A stretch of DNA of 64,000 bases from Octopus sinensis (GCF_006345805.1 NC_042999.1:107632001-107696000); one strand, 5' to 3'. Positions 11,270 to 25,304 are shown, counted from the stretch's first letter. The notes: a model not told the origin generated them from the sequence alone. Numbers and translations are program-made.

Positions 11270-13215
11270 GTGTGTGTATGTGTGAGTGTGTGCGTGTGCG
11301 TGTGTATGTGTGTGTGTGAGGCGAGATGAAAAAACAAAAAAATATGTGTGTGTTAGTGTGTGCGTCTGTGTGTAGGCGTGTGGGGTAGGGCGAGACGAGT
11401 GGTCAGCTAGCAGACGAGGTCAGTAGTAAGAAAAAGAAGGAAGGAGGAAGGGAGGTCAGTAGTAAGAAAAAGAAGGAAGGAGGAAGGGAGGGAGGGGAAG
11501 GGGTGGGGGCGTATGTAGCGTGCCAGCGTGTGTTGAGTAGTAGTGTGTGTGTGTCCGGTGTCGTGGTGGTATTAATGGCGAGTAGATTGAATGGTGTAAG
11601 AGTGATGTATATATATAGGCAAGGTGTGTATATGTGTGCGCGTGTGTGTAACGAAAAAGGGGGGGTTTAAGGAAAAAGGACTCCAGCTGAGGGGAAGATG
11701 GAAGAGTGGTACCACGGAGACAGGCGTGGGAAAACCCAACGACACGCGACGGTCCCAGGAACAGGCGGGAGGTCTCGTCAGGTCCAAGGGCGAGGTGTAT
11801 GCGGCGCGTATGCAGCGCGAGCCGGCGCAAGTGTGTATGTGCGCGTGCCTGCGAGTATGCGCGTAAGTATGTATGTGTGTGGATGTGTGAGTGTGTCTGT
11901 GTGTATGTCTGGGTGGCAGTGTGTCCGATGAATGTATGTGAGTATGTGTGTATGTATGTGTGTGCATAGATGTATGTCCGTGTGTGTGTGTGTGTGTGTA
12001 TGTGTGTGAGTGTGTATGTATGTACGTGTGGGTGTGGGGAAGTGTGTGTATGTGCATGTGTGTGCGCGTACATACAGGTGTGTGAGTGAGTGTGTGTGTG
12101 TATGTATGTGTGAGTGTGTATGTATGTGTGTGTCGGATGCATGTATGTGTATGGGTGTATGTATGCGTGTGTGTATGTATGTATGTGTACGTGCGTGTGT
12201 GTGTGTGTATGCTTGTAGGTGTGCGCGTGTGCATGCATGCATGCATGTGCGTATGTGTGTGTGTGTGTGCATGTGTGTGGGTATACATGTATGTGCGTAT
12301 ATGTGTGTGTATGTGCGTACATGTGTGTGTGTGTGTGCATGTGTGTGGGTATATATGTATGTGCGTATAGGAGTATGTGGGTATGTGTGTATGTATGTAT
12401 GTGTGTGTGTGTGTGTGTGTATGTGTGTGTATGTATGTGTGTGTATGTAGGTGTGTGGGCGTGTGTATATGTGTGTGTATGTAGGTGTGTGGGCGTGTGT
12501 ATATAGGTGTATGTGTGTATGTCTGGGTGTGTCCGTGCATGTTTGTGTGTGTGTATGCATGTGTATGTGGGTGTGTGTGTACGTGTGTAATGTATGTGTG
12601 TATGCGTGTGTATGCGTGCGTGTGTGTATGTAGGTGCGTGTGTATGTGTGTGGGAGTGTAGGTGTGTGTGTTTATGTTGGTGTGTGCGTATGTGAGTGTG
12701 AGTGTATGGGTGTTTGTCATGCATGTGTGTGCGCGTGCAGGTGAGTGTGTGTGTAAGTATGTGTGTGTGTATGTTTGTGTGAGTGTGTAAGTGTGTATGT
12801 CTTTGTGTATGTATGTGCGTATAGGAGTATGTGGGTATGTGTGTATGTATGTATATGGGTGTATGTATGTATGTGTGTGTGTGTGCATGTGTATAAGTAT
12901 ATGTGTGTGTGCGTATGTGTGTATATGTGTATGTGTGTGTTTATGTATGTGTGTATGTATGTGTGTAGGCGTGTGTGTGTAGATGTATGTATGTATGGGT
13001 GTGTGTCCGTGTGTGTTTGTGTGTGTGTGTAGGTAGATGTGTGTGTCTGAGTGAGGGTATGGCTGTGTAGGTGTGTGTGTGTATGAATGTGAGTGTGTGT
13101 GTATACAAGTGTAATGTATGTATGTAGGTGTGTGTGTGTGTGTGTATGTGTACGTGTGCGTGTGTATGTGTGTGTGTGTATGCGTGTGAGTGTGAGTGTA
13201 TGGGTGTATATATAT
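11270..13215. repeat. ~1.9-kb degenerate (TG)/(TA)-rich low-complexity tract with GC-rich inserts
   Basis: Direct inspection; source of all His/Thr and Val/Cys ORFs in this interval. Confidence 0.9.
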
Positions 13216-13854
13216 ATATTTGTGTGTATATTTAGTACAGGAAAAAGTCAACAAAAACCAAGGCAGGATGAGTATCTCAAGTCATTTAAAATAATTTAAT
13301 TAGGGTAAGATGAATACAGACAGGAGAATAAAGTTCACAGTTTGTCTTTTTCCAGAGGGAATGTAGGTTAGTCTGTACTTCCATGAAGGTATAGGCCCTT
13401 AGGTGTAATCTCAGGTAAGTCCAGGCAGTATTTTGTGTGATATGATCATGTTGAAGTAATGAATAAGTGGTTAGCTAGTATCTAAATGATCCATATGAGT
13501 ATATAGAGTGAGTATGACAGACATCAAGATAGACAGAAATAGGTTGTGAGTGAGTGGATAGAAGAAGAGAAAGAGAGAAAAGAAAGGAATGGGATAGGAA
13601 AGAATGAATGAGAGTGGAAGTACAGTAAAATCAAAAATAAAAATTAAAATTAAAATTAAAAATAAAGATAAGATGCCAGTATTATTCTTCGCAAGCTATC
13701 CCTACTGACCACTGAACTAAATATTCTCTCTGACCACATCTAACCTAGAATTCATCTATTTAATTAATAGACATAAATACCTCCCTCCTCCTCTACCAAA
13801 ACCTTAATGCCTGACCTCTCACACTAAAAAAGCCAACTCTTACAAAGAATAATC

Positions 13855-13985
13855 TTTTCTACACTAGGCACAAGACCCGAAATTTTGGCAGAGGGGGCTA
13901 GTCAATTAGATCGATTCCAGTATGTAACTGGTACTTAATTTATCGACCCCGAAAGGATGAAAGGCAAAGCTGACCTCAGCGGATA
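13855..13985 (-). mobile_element. SINE family A, 3' part
   Basis: TTTATCGACCCCGAAAGGATGAAAGGCAAAG is the reverse complement of the family A core. Confidence 0.7.
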
Positions 13986-14257
13986 TAGTGAGTGACAAAA
14001 AGAAAGGGGGTTCATCAATGGCAGATACAAGCATGTGTTCAGTGAGAATAAATTGGGAGGAGCAGGATGGGCGACAAAGGAAATTACTCCAAGGAGAGGG
14101 ATAACTGGTAGCACAAGGGGATATTGTCCTTTACTTGGAAAACAGGTAAGGGTTAACAACAGGAAGTTCAGTTGACCATAAAATCCAGTTTCTTTCCATG
14201 TAAACCAAGCTAGCCTGGAAAACAGACAATAAACAAAACAATTGAAAAAAAAAATTA

Positions 14258-14500
14258 TGTCATCATCATCATCATCATCATCATTATTTAACGTCTGTTT
14301 TCCATGGTGGAATTGGTTGGATGGTTTGACCAGAGCTGGCAAGCTGGAGAGCTGCACCAGGTTCCAGTCTGATATGGCATGGTTTCTATGGCTGAATGCT
14401 CTTCCTAATGCCGACCACTTTACAGAATGTTCTGGTTGCTTTTATGTGGCACCACACAAGTGCTTTTACATGGAACCAGCATGAGAACTTTTCATGTGGC
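14258..14500 (-). mobile_element. RTE LINE 3'UTR fragment
   Basis: (CAT)n followed by TTTAACGTCTGTTTTCCATG..GGTTGGATGG, as in the other RTE ends. Confidence 0.75.
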
Positions 14501-15837
14501 ACTGGTATAGGTTTATGTTTATATATGTGTGCGCATGTACACATACATTGCATGCATAGAGGTATGGAAGAACAAAAGAGTGAAAAATACTCTATTCAAC
14601 TGAAGCTTCAATTAGGTTTAAATAAATGGTTTTGTGTTTGTGTATGTGTGTGTCTGCATGTGTGTGTGTGTGTGTGTGTGTGTATTGTGCCTGTGTTTGT
14701 GAGTGCTTGTGTGAGTTTATATCTATATGTATAGCTACACAATTCAAATGTTGGCTGAAAGAAGACCTCAACATATTTAACTTCAAATAAAATATTTGTC
14801 ATCACATCCAAATATAAATGTGGAGGTAATATATTTGAGTAAAACTTTGGCATTTATAATTATAGCATTTCAATTTTTTTAATAATTGGAAAATAATTCA
14901 ATTTAGATATTATTTCCCCCACCCCCACCCCATTCTTTTGAAGGCTGTACATTTTCTTTTTTGTGTGTTTTTGGTTTTGTTTTGTTTTGTTTTGTTTTTT
15001 GAAGTGTTGCTTTAGAATTGTAGAAAATCTCTTGATGCTTTCATTGTGTTTATTATGTAAAACTAAGACGTGATAATGATAAAAAATCTGGAAAATGTTA
15101 GAAATGTTTTGGTAGTTTTATTTTCATTGCTATTGACTGACTATGAGTGTTTGAAGAATCCACAGCTGAACATTTATAGGTGAGGAGATCATTCAATGAA
15201 GAAGCTAATGAATATAAAGTCATTTCTTGAGGGGGAATGTAAATTAATAGGAATTATTTGTTAAACTTTTTATAACATTGTCTTTCTATTCACTAACAGA
15301 TGGCACAAACTTATTTATTCATAGTAAATTAGTAATTTTTCTTATGATCTGCAGAGATGATAAGCCAAGGAGGAAGAGTGATATGAAATAAATAGGGTAA
15401 GGAGATAAACAAGAAAAATTTAATGAGATGGATAGAAAATGAAAGGAAGGAGAAGAGAACGCCATTGCGAGATAAGGAATTTGTCATATGTATTTGTGTG
15501 TTTGTGTGTAATGTTTAAACATATTAGACCAGGTGTGCACATATTGGCTCAAATGCCAATTAAAAATGACAATAGAAATGGTGACAATTAAATCATGGGC
15601 GTGTTTCTTGTCTATACAAAAATGCTAGGGGACAATTAGAGTGCACTTCCATTTTTGTAGTCATTCTAATTTGCTGAACTGATGTAATTAAATCAATATA
15701 TATTTCACATTTCCCAGCTCAGAGATGCAGGTACTGAAGAGGATGCACAACATGTAGGCTTTTATGTTAAACATTAACAGTTGGTTCAGGGACTCTAACG
15801 CCCCCTTGTGGATCAACGTCAATATTAATGGAAAGAC

Positions 15838-16045
15838 TAGGTGTGAGCTGGCAGAATTGTTAGCATGATGGGTAAAATGCTTAGCAGCATTTCACTCGTT
15901 TTTACATTCAAGTTCTATCAAGGTCGACTTTACCTTTCTTTCTTTCAGGATCAATAGAATAAGTATCAGGTGAGAACTCGGGTTGATATAATCAACTTTC
16001 TCCCTCTCACAAAGTTGTTGGCCTTGTGCTAAAATGTGAATCCAA
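15838..16045 (+). mobile_element. SINE family A
   Basis: GTGAGCTGGCAGAATTGTTAGC head plus family A core and tail. Confidence 0.7.
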
Positions 16046-16299
16046 TATTAAAAGGAAAACATACATTAAAAGAATTATTATTTTCACATTTATGTTAGCA
16101 GGTCAACGGCAATATATCTGCAACTTACAGCAATTCTTATAAATAACTGCACTTCTAAAATCCCTATGAAAATATTAATTCATGTAATACCAGTAATAAA
16201 CTGGTATCTTTCTTGGCATTGAATTTAGTTTTTTGCCGGTCACTTAATGGCAGCTTGTAAACAGCAAGCATTAGAAGCCATCAACGCCTTTATTCATAC

Positions 16300-19200
16300 C
16301 TCATGACTTTTAAACCAAGATTCTTGATTTAAAAGTGCATCTACCATTAAAAACTGAGGAGAAGGCAAATGAGATGCCCTTGTTACAGTTTTACATTGAT
16401 TACTTGAAAAAAGTGAATTTAAGTTGGAAGCAATTCAACAAGCACCAGTATTGGAATGGATTTCAATGAATGCTGATATGCTAATCATAATTATTGACAA
16501 GAAAAAGAATATTTTACTGATGTGATATCAGAGGTAAAGATTTTCTCCACCTGGCTGCTATACAAAAGGATTATACATACATTGTTTTCATAGGTATTGT
16601 AACATGATTTATATATGACAAGATTGCTCTGCCACAACCAAGGAATCTTTGTCATTCATTTGGCAAAAGGTTTGCAATTGAGAGTTATGTCAATATAATA
16701 ACAATTATAAATGTAATTTTTACAGCATTACAACAATTTCAGCTGTTTCAGATTCTATTCAAATGTTTGTTGTTGCAACTACAATAAATAATGTAGATAT
16801 TGGCACTTTAATTGATTCAGGAAGTACAGAAAATTTTATTCACACATCTTTTGCTATCAATATGAAATTGCCTATTAAATCTACTTCTTCTATAATCACT
16901 ATGGCTTCTTTCACACATAAGAAAGTAATTAGAGTTTCACAATTTTGATGTTATTCCTACTGATAATATTTACAATAATATTAAATTTTCAACAATGGAT
17001 GATCTTTGTGTACATTTGTTGCTAGGGCAAAGTTCTATGTTTCTTCACAAAATTGTTAATATTGAATATAATGATGCTATACCAATAATTTTTGGACTCT
17101 CAACTATGCCTCGGGATCTGCCTCAAAAATTCAGGGCTTTGGAAATAATTATAAAATTATTACTAATTCTGGTCAATTTTATTCTAAATTGACAATTTTT
17201 TATTTATTTAATCTATTGAAGGAAATGGGGATAAATACAGGTTGTATTTCTCCATATGTGCTCATTTTGGTTGTGAAAAACCCTAAGAAATTTAGTGCAG
17301 AGAGTTCGCAAATTAACTGATTTTGCATATTCACTACCTTTAATCTCAATTTTGGTAAATAACATCTCAAAATGAAATTATTTGTGCAGTTATTACCAAG
17401 TCCTAAGTTGATGAGTAATCCTTTACAGTATTTGAAAATAATGGAAAATCCAATTTAGTAAAATGTCTTTGGAGTCGAAGAATACTATAGCTATTTACAT
17501 GGAATAACTGATAAAATGAATTAAATAATTTACATTAAATCATTCAACTTATTTTATCAGTTGTAAACCATTTAAATGCACTATATACTTATATTGTTGA
17601 TTTTATTGCATGTGCAACAGGGGAGTATATCCAAATTTAGATAAATTTAATTAGGTAGTCAAAGACTATGAACTTACTTTAAATGGGGCTAAGATGCAAA
17701 CTGTCCATTTTCTGGAATACAAAATTTCTGATGAAATTCTGAAGTGAGATCAAGGGAGGTTAAAAGCATTAAGGAACTATCCATTTCCCCAAAATAATGG
17801 AAGTTATTTCAATGGTTGATTGGAATGTTCTCAATCTATTCCAAATGGATTCCTCATTATTCAGATAAAATAAAGTTAGTTTTATTAATTATTCACTGCT
17901 CAAACATGTGATTTCAATAGTCTCAAACTTTGTGTTTATTAAGGGAATACTTGGTATAAAAAATAAGTTTGAACTATTTGTTCAAGTGATGCCTCTGGGA
18001 TGACCATATCAGATATTTAGACTGCTGTAAAATAAATGTTCTGTAGCTTATTTTTCAAGGACATTAACTATCCATGGAGAAAAACATCTTTGATTAAACA
18101 AAGAACATCAGCCATTATTAAAAGTGTCAGAAAGTGGAGACTAGCAAAACCTTTTCAACTATTAATAGATTAAGGTGTTACAGAATTAAACATTAAGGTG
18201 TTCAGAATTAAACATCAACCAAAGGTTAAAAATAATAAGCTGGTAAGCTGGCAATTGGAATTGTTTGAATGCACTTATGACATAAAGCATCATTCTAGAA
18301 AAGAAAATATTTACTGATGCTTTCTCCAGAAATTTGTTTTGCTACATCAAGTCTTTCTCCTTAGATTCATGAACAAGTTTGTCATAATGGCATCTGTCAG
18401 TTTTATCACTACATGAAATTCAAAAAGTTTACTTCTTAGCATTCATGATGTTGAGATGATAGTCAGCTCTTGTAATAATTGTGTTCTTACCATCTTCTTA
18501 GCTTTTAACTTTTATTTGGTTCAGTCATTAGACTGGCCATATCAGGGCTCCATCATGAAGGGTTTAGTTGAACAAATCAACCTCAGGGGTTTGTTCCTAA
18601 GTCTGGTACTAATTTTATCAGTCTCTTTTGTGGAACCACTACAGGAATGTAAATACACCAATGTTAGTTGTCAAGTGGTGAGGACAAAGGCACACACACA
18701 CACACATGCATATACAGATGTGTTTATGCCCCTCCAACAATAGAGAGCAGTTGCTACCTCTGATGAGTGTTGAGTTATATAACTGAACTGTACCTAACAC
18801 TCCATTAAACCATTAGTGTAAAACTATTTGGTAAGATTGGCGCTAATGGATATATAATGCTGCACACTTCGATTGATGTGTGTGTGTGTGTGTACACAAT
18901 GGGCTTCTACATAGTTTCTGTCTACTAAATTTACTCACCTAGGGCTATAGTAGAACAAACTTGCCCAAGATGTCACATATTGGGATTCAACCTGAAACCA
19001 CATAGTTAGAAAATGAGCTTCTTAACCACCACCATGTCTGTGCTTATTAGTTCACATATTCTTTTTTGTTTTAACCAAAAGTTGCCATATTTTGATTCAA
19101 CCATTGAAAAGATTATCTAGTGACTTCATGAAAACAAAGGAATCGTTTATATATATAAAAAATAGTTCATTTTTGTATTATGCTGATGCACACACACAAT

Positions 19201-19953
19201 TCAATTCACACACCTATGGCCAAATATCATTGCTACTACAGTAATTAAATTACTGACTCAATTATTTGTATTAACTGAAAATCCAGCTGGTCTATATAGT
19301 GACTGAGAAACTTCCTTCTTGTCATTGGAAGTCTTGAATTTTTTTTATCAAATTTAGAAGTAAATTGTTGCTGCAACACTTACATCATGCAATCCACAGA
19401 GGAATGACCAATATGAACAACATAATGGCAGATTGCAGAAGACTATCTTGGAATATTGCAAATCTCTATATATCCAGGTGGGAATTAGTTCAATGAGATC
19501 ATTCTTATCATTAGCAACAAACAGCATACTACATCAAAGATTCTTTATTTTTTCTCAGGTACAACAAATGGTGAAATTAAACCTATTTGGATGATGCTTG
19601 GTGGGAGTGTTTTCTAAATAAAATGTTCTCCAATTAAAAACAGAACCTTCAGGTGAAGTTCAGCTGGTGGATGCCAATCCAGATGATGCAAATGTTAGAT
19701 TTAATGATGGACAAGAAGATAAGGTAGATGGCAGAGATTTTGCACCTGAACCTATAATGAATTACCAAAAAACATTTAATAAAATATGATGATAAAAATG
19801 GTTCATTTTATGATTGCACTCCTCATTAATTTTCTTTTGATGCTGGTGTTGTTTCACACGTGGATATTTGAATTCCTAAACCAACTGATGTTGTTTGTGA
19901 TGCTAATGCATTGTGCATTCTTTTCAGTGCTTGGATATCTAAGCTGTGGGGAA
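16300..19953 (+). mobile_element. Ty3/Gypsy LTR retrotransposon internal region, decayed (gag?-PR-RT-RH-IN)
   Basis: Protease LIDSGSTENFI (~16810); RT-like DQGRLKAL..PFPQN (~17750); RNase H AIIKSVRKWR (~18120); IN zinc finger IHEQVCHNG...CNNC (18365-18482); IN core QPLKRLSSDF, YSD*ETSFLS, SCNPQRNDQYEQHNG; C-terminal EVQLVDANP..VRFNDG...RDFAP. Confidence 0.8.
18505..19040 (-). mobile_element. SINE family B (head 18895-19040, tail 18505-18700) inserted in the Gypsy integrase
   Basis: Reverse complements of the family B head and tail; they split the integrase between the zinc finger and the core. Confidence 0.6.
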
Positions 19954-20200
19954 TGTAGAGAAATGTGCAATATGTCGTTCTTATATGTGAATAATGTTTT
20001 CAACATAATACCAACCACAATATGCATGTATTGGTTTTGACAATCAAATAAGAAATGATAACCAGAATAGCAGTAGACACAAATCCACGAATAAAACTTT
20101 TAGAATTATATTTTATCTGTACAACACCAAAAATACAACATCATTATTTCATAATGCGATGATATGAGTTATTTATTACTCAAGTTAGTCAGTTTAAAAG
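19954..20200 (+). mobile_element. candidate 3' LTR of the Gypsy element
   Basis: Short purine-rich tract GGGGAA immediately followed by TGTAGAG, downstream of the integrase; no matching 5' LTR found. Confidence 0.35.
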
Positions 20201-20217
20201 CCAATAATCTACCAAAA

Positions 20218-20364
<147 letters not shown>

Positions 20365-21939
20365 CCAGAAACTTAAATTGCTGATTAAATATTGTAATAT
20401 AGCATTAGAAAAGAATTCTGGAAATTGACTCTTAAATGGATTTAGGTTTCCATTGTCAACTACAACTAAATCATTTCAAATAATTATTTAATGGTTAGTC
20501 ACCATTCTTCGGCAGTAATTATATAGAGCTGAACCAACTAATATCTGATTTATTGAACACTTAGAGTACTTCAGTTCTAAAACATTTTAGAAATTATGAT
20601 AGATAACATGGATAGAGAACTAAATTTTCTTCAAGTCAGCCGAGAATTTATTCAAAATTCAAAAATAAAAATTCCTTTAAGCCATAAGCAATAGGTTCCA
20701 AATTGTAGCTAATTCTCACAAAATATATTTTAAAAATTCTTACAATATTTAAAATACATGCCTTAAGAATTTGGATAAAATTTAGTTTATTCTTGGTTTT
20801 ATTCATTTATGGTGGGATTTTTTTTTTTAAGAAAACTTGAGAGAAATTTTTGCAGTGACAGAAAAGTACTCAAGACAAAATCAAAAATCAATTCTCTTGA
20901 AATGCTAAATTGATCCATAATTTCAAGAAAGTCTGCTACTTTTATTTGAATTTCAAAGTGGAATTTACTGGAACACAGTGGCACATGAAAAGTATTGGCT
21001 CATAATTTAGAAGCAACTAATTCTAATTTTGACACTGTTATGCAGTTTTGCTTTAGAGAAAAGTTTAAAATTAATTACATATTTTACAAATTATTCCTAT
21101 GCAGTACATCAACTCTAAAACTATGGGGATTTCCAAGTCTTTTAGAAAAATTCAATTTAACCAAACAAGAGGAGATTTTTTTTCAGAGAAGCAGCTTTTC
21201 TTAGCATACACACACACACACACATGTATGCATACATATATCATCATTATTGTTTTAACATCCACTTTTCCATAAATTTCCAAATGGAATTTGCTAAGGC
21301 AGATTTTTTATTGCTGGATACCCTTCTAGTACCCAACCCTCACTTGCTTCCAAGTAAGGTAATAGATGCTTTAAAACATTGACAAGAGCAAAGAAGTTTG
21401 AAACATCAATGTCTGGGATTCCTAATGGGTGGTGAGACTGAATGAATTGGATGTTTTCACACCTTTTTACCAAAAGAGATATTTTCTCCATGGTAACTGC
21501 AGTGTATTTGCCTTTTAGCAATTGAAATATATCACAAGCATATTTCAGTGAGCCTAAATCCTGCTCATGCTTAAACACTGTTTAGTGCTAACACTTCGCT
21601 ATTTTCCTCAATCAGGTGATCCACTAGTGCAAATCAGTGAATGTATTGACTGAATTATACATAAAGCTATGGCTTTATAAGTTCATTCAGAGTTGAATCA
21701 CTTAGGTACATCTCCTGTTAGCTGCTGCTTGTTTGTGAGTTCTTTATGTTATTATCTAATCTTTCTTTGTTATTGCACTGTTTGTTGTACCTGTTGAAAT
21801 TGGAACTGCTGTTAATCTGTCAACTGTCATTTTCACCCTGCAGGGCAGAAAATTGTGAATTTTTTGTTGGAAACAACTGCTATTGAACTTTTTGTGGTTT
21901 GAACACTTCCATTTTTTACCCTTTGCAGAGTATTATGAA

Positions 21940-23040
21940 TTTTATTGTTTGGGCACTTGCTGGCCTGCATTTACACAAACTGGCAGCAGAATGGGAAGAT
22001 TCCCAGCTCTATTAGTCAGGGAGTGGTGATGCTGATCAGAAAAGACCAAAACAAAGGAACCATATTAGTAATTTTAAGCCCATAACTCTACTTAATGTAG
22101 AGTTAAAGATTTTGGTTAAGGTGCTAGCTAAGAGGTTGGCGCATGTCACAGAGAAACTTGTTGGGAGGGCGCAGACATGCAGGTCAATCTCCATGTCTTG
22201 TGCAGGTCAATCCAGGACAATCTCCATCTCCTGCGCTACGCCTTAGAGAGGGTGGGTAAATTATCCAGTAAAGGTGGGACACTGGTCCATTTAGACCAGA
22301 GTAAAGCTTTTGATACAGTAGACCACCAGTGCTTGGTTTGTCAAGGATACCCTCTGTCTCCACTTCTGTATGTACTGGCTCTTGAGCCATTGCTGCTGAG
22401 GTTGGAGAGTTTGGGGGGAATCCCCAATGAATTGGGATGTGGTAAATCTGTTTCTGCATATGCGGATGACGTCACCATCAACGTGTCTGATGAAACTCAG
22501 TGGCAGGGGCAAAAATTAACAAGGACAAGTCCATCAGCTTGTGGCTTGGCACTTGGAGTGGCAAGATGATAACGTCCAGTGTCACAACAAATTGTCTAGG
22601 CATGGAATGTCTGTGCCACTGGCATGCCCAAGATGCAGGTAGGAAGATCAAACTGTTCTGCATGCTCGTGTACAGTGCTTGGAGCTTTCAGGCTTGATAA
22701 TTTACATAGAATACGTGCTGTCACATCTAGGAAGAGTACAACTATCTGCTGAGTCCGTGATCAAGATTGTACTGCCACCCAGACTATCAAAGGAAGGTGA
22801 GGCATGATTTTATGCATAGTCGCAGTATTGAAAGAGTGTATATGGAAAACTAGAATGAAAGGAATCATGACTGGAATTTTTATCTCCAGCCTTGGTTTGC
22901 TATATTATTTCAGATATCATCTGAAGAGCAAGATAGGGCTGGAGAGGAGATACCTGTCACAAAGTATATTCAGGAAAAGATGGAAGGATGTGGCAAGGAA
23001 ATTGGGTGTGAATGACCCCGCTTAATCTCACATATGGTAA
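21940..23040 (+). mobile_element. Tx1/L1-clade LINE, 5'-truncated and internally deleted
   Basis: KPITLLNVELKILVKVLAKRL, LDQSKAFDTVDH, QGYPLSPLLY and YADD RT motifs; segments are missing between motifs. Confidence 0.85.
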
Positions 23041-23453
23041 ACAAAATGTATGGTGTAGCCGTTGAGCTTCACAGCCAAATGTAAACTTGTAAAACTTGTA
23101 AATTTTAAAAATATAATATTCATCATCATATTTTTAAAAACAAACTCATAAACACACTATTTTGTTTGTAATGTCCTGTGCTGTCCCATCTATGTTGGAT
23201 ATGTAATGATCATAACAAGAATCATCTCTTAGGTACATCTCATCAGCAAGAGCCAAGAAGCTTGAAACATCGATGTCTGAGATTCCTAATAGATGGCAAC
23301 ACTGAACAAATTAGATGTTTTCACACCTTTTTGCCATAAGTGAGATATATTCTTCACAGTAACTGCTTTGTATTTGCCTTTTAGCAGTTGAAATATATCG
23401 CAAACATATTTCAGCTAACCTAAATTCTGCTTATATACATATCTATACATATA

Positions 23454-24688
23454 TTGGGTTGGCAACTAAGTTCTCACCATTTTCTTAAATTTAAATTTTT
23501 AAAAAGGTTTAATAAAAAAAATAACAACTAATTAATCAATAATGTATTCACCCTTGTTGTTTACAACTTCTTCCCAATGTTCAACAAGATTTTTCAATAC
23601 CTTGTTGGTAGAAATCACCTGATTTCGACTCAAAAAATTGATCCAACCAAGCTCTCAATTCTGCATCAGTATTGAACAAAACTCTGCACATAGCATTTAA
23701 AAGAGATCGAAAGAGGTGGAAATCTGTTGGTGCCAAATCAAGAGAGTATGGTAGGTATGGCAGCACTTCCCAGCCATGCGTTTGAATGGCTTCCTTGGTC
23801 ATATTGGCGATATGAGGGTGGCGTTGTCATGCAGCAGAACTCCATGCTGCTGATTAGGTCTTTTCTCTTGAATAGCCGTGTTGAGTGGTTCCATCTGTTG
23901 AATATAGAGTTCTGCATTGACCGCTTGGTTCCGTTCAAGCAATTCATAATAGATAATCCCTCCCCAGTCCCACCATATGCACAACATCGTTTTATATGGA
24001 TGGAGATCTTGTTTCACACGTGGTGTCGCTTGTTTACCAGAGCTAAGCCATTCCTTACACTGCTTCATATTGATTTACAGGCACCATTTTTCGTCACCAG
24101 TAACAATTGGGTAAAGAAATCGTCGCTTGTGTCCATGAGTTGAGCGGTGACGAGCAAGCAAACCAGCAGAGATTGTGGCTCATTGATTTTTGCTGTTGTC
24201 ACTTAAAGCATGCGGAACCCATGCTCCATACTTCTGAACCTTTCCCATCGGGTGAAGATGCTTCTCTATAGAAGTGTGGGAGCATTCCATTTTCTCTGCC
24301 AGTTCCCTTGTCGTTTGACGAGAACTTTCGTGCAAAAGTTGGTTTAATCACTCTTCATTGAACTCAACTGGATGGCCAGAACAAGGTGCATCTTTGAGGT
24401 CAAAATTTCCACTTTTGAACTTGGCATACCAATCACAAGCAGTTCTTTCAGCTTTGGCACCCTCTCCATACACAGCATAAATGTTACAAGCAGCTTTGAT
24501 TAAAAGCAAAAAGAAGGAGGTGTCGAAAATGCTCGAGTTTCTAATGATCTGAAAATAAATGAACAAAAATTAACTAAAATTAACTAGAAAAAACAAAATA
24601 CATTCCAAAATGATTCAAAAATAGAATTCTTGAAAAAAAATAGATTCGAAAATTAAAAAAAACGGCAGTAACTTAGTTGCCAACCCAA
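23454..24688 (-). mobile_element. mariner (DD34D) transposon, near full length, defective
   Basis: TIR TTGGGTTGGCAACTAAGTT at both ends, TA TSDs at 23452-53 and 24689-90; HTH region, IVTGDEKW, LLHDNA and PYSLDLAPTDF motifs across frameshifted ORFs. Confidence 0.95.
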
Positions 24689-24967
24689 TATATATATGTG
24701 TGTGTGTGTGTGTACAAATATAAGGAATACTGTTAATTTTCTATACATATATATGTTGTTGACAAATGAATTTATAAACTTCAAGAGAACATGAGTTAAT
24801 TCTATTCTGGTACAGCCAATCGCGAAGCTGATAAAGCTGTTAATAATAGCATATAAATATTGGATCAAAAATGCCCTTGGATAGAAAAAAGCTGAATGCT
24901 ACCTGGGGGACTTGAACTTATATTATTTATAGGTTTATCTGCTTCAAGATTCACTATTCCAAAATAG

Positions 24968-25008
<41 letters not shown>

Positions 25009-25294
25009 GACATACATATATATGGTATAAATATATGTTTCATATACATGAATATACATAATGACACACACACACATGTGCAGTTAATCTAACAAAATTC
25101 CTTATATTTTTTGTATGCTTTTCATTCATTTCCTAACACAGTAAAGAAACTTATCAACAGTACATTAATGAAACACCTTTTTCATTTAACTGATTGCAAT
25201 CATAGGGAAAAAATACAAAAATTAAATAATGTTAAGTAAAGTAAAAGAAAAAAACATATTCCCAAATTGGGAAAGTCCTGGAAGAGATTTTCAT

Positions 25295-25304
25295 AATAAT
25301 AACG

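Noticed and set aside
11456-13299. Very long His/Thr and Val/Cys ORFs (up to 560 aa)
   Set aside because: Translations of (CA)/(TG)-rich repeat, open in several frames on both strands. The same applies to ORFs at 25760-26933, 42256-42713, 57576-57975 and 62980-63974.
13300-13500. Possible PLE GIY-YIG tail (GLYLHG) on the minus strand
   Set aside because: Only one short motif and no colinear support.
16050-16300. 5' LTR and PBS of the Gypsy element
   Set aside because: No convincing similarity to 19954-20200 by eye; TGGCAGC alone is insufficient.
18759-18815. CTGATGA followed by a GAGTGTT/AACACTC stem
   Set aside because: No GAAA or cleavage triplet follows.
19630-19750. RFNDG...GR.FA peptide resembling regucalcin/SMP-30
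   Set aside because: It fits better as the Gypsy integrase C-terminal module (EVEL.EANP..A.VRF.DGRE..V..RDLAP), colinear with the upstream integrase core.
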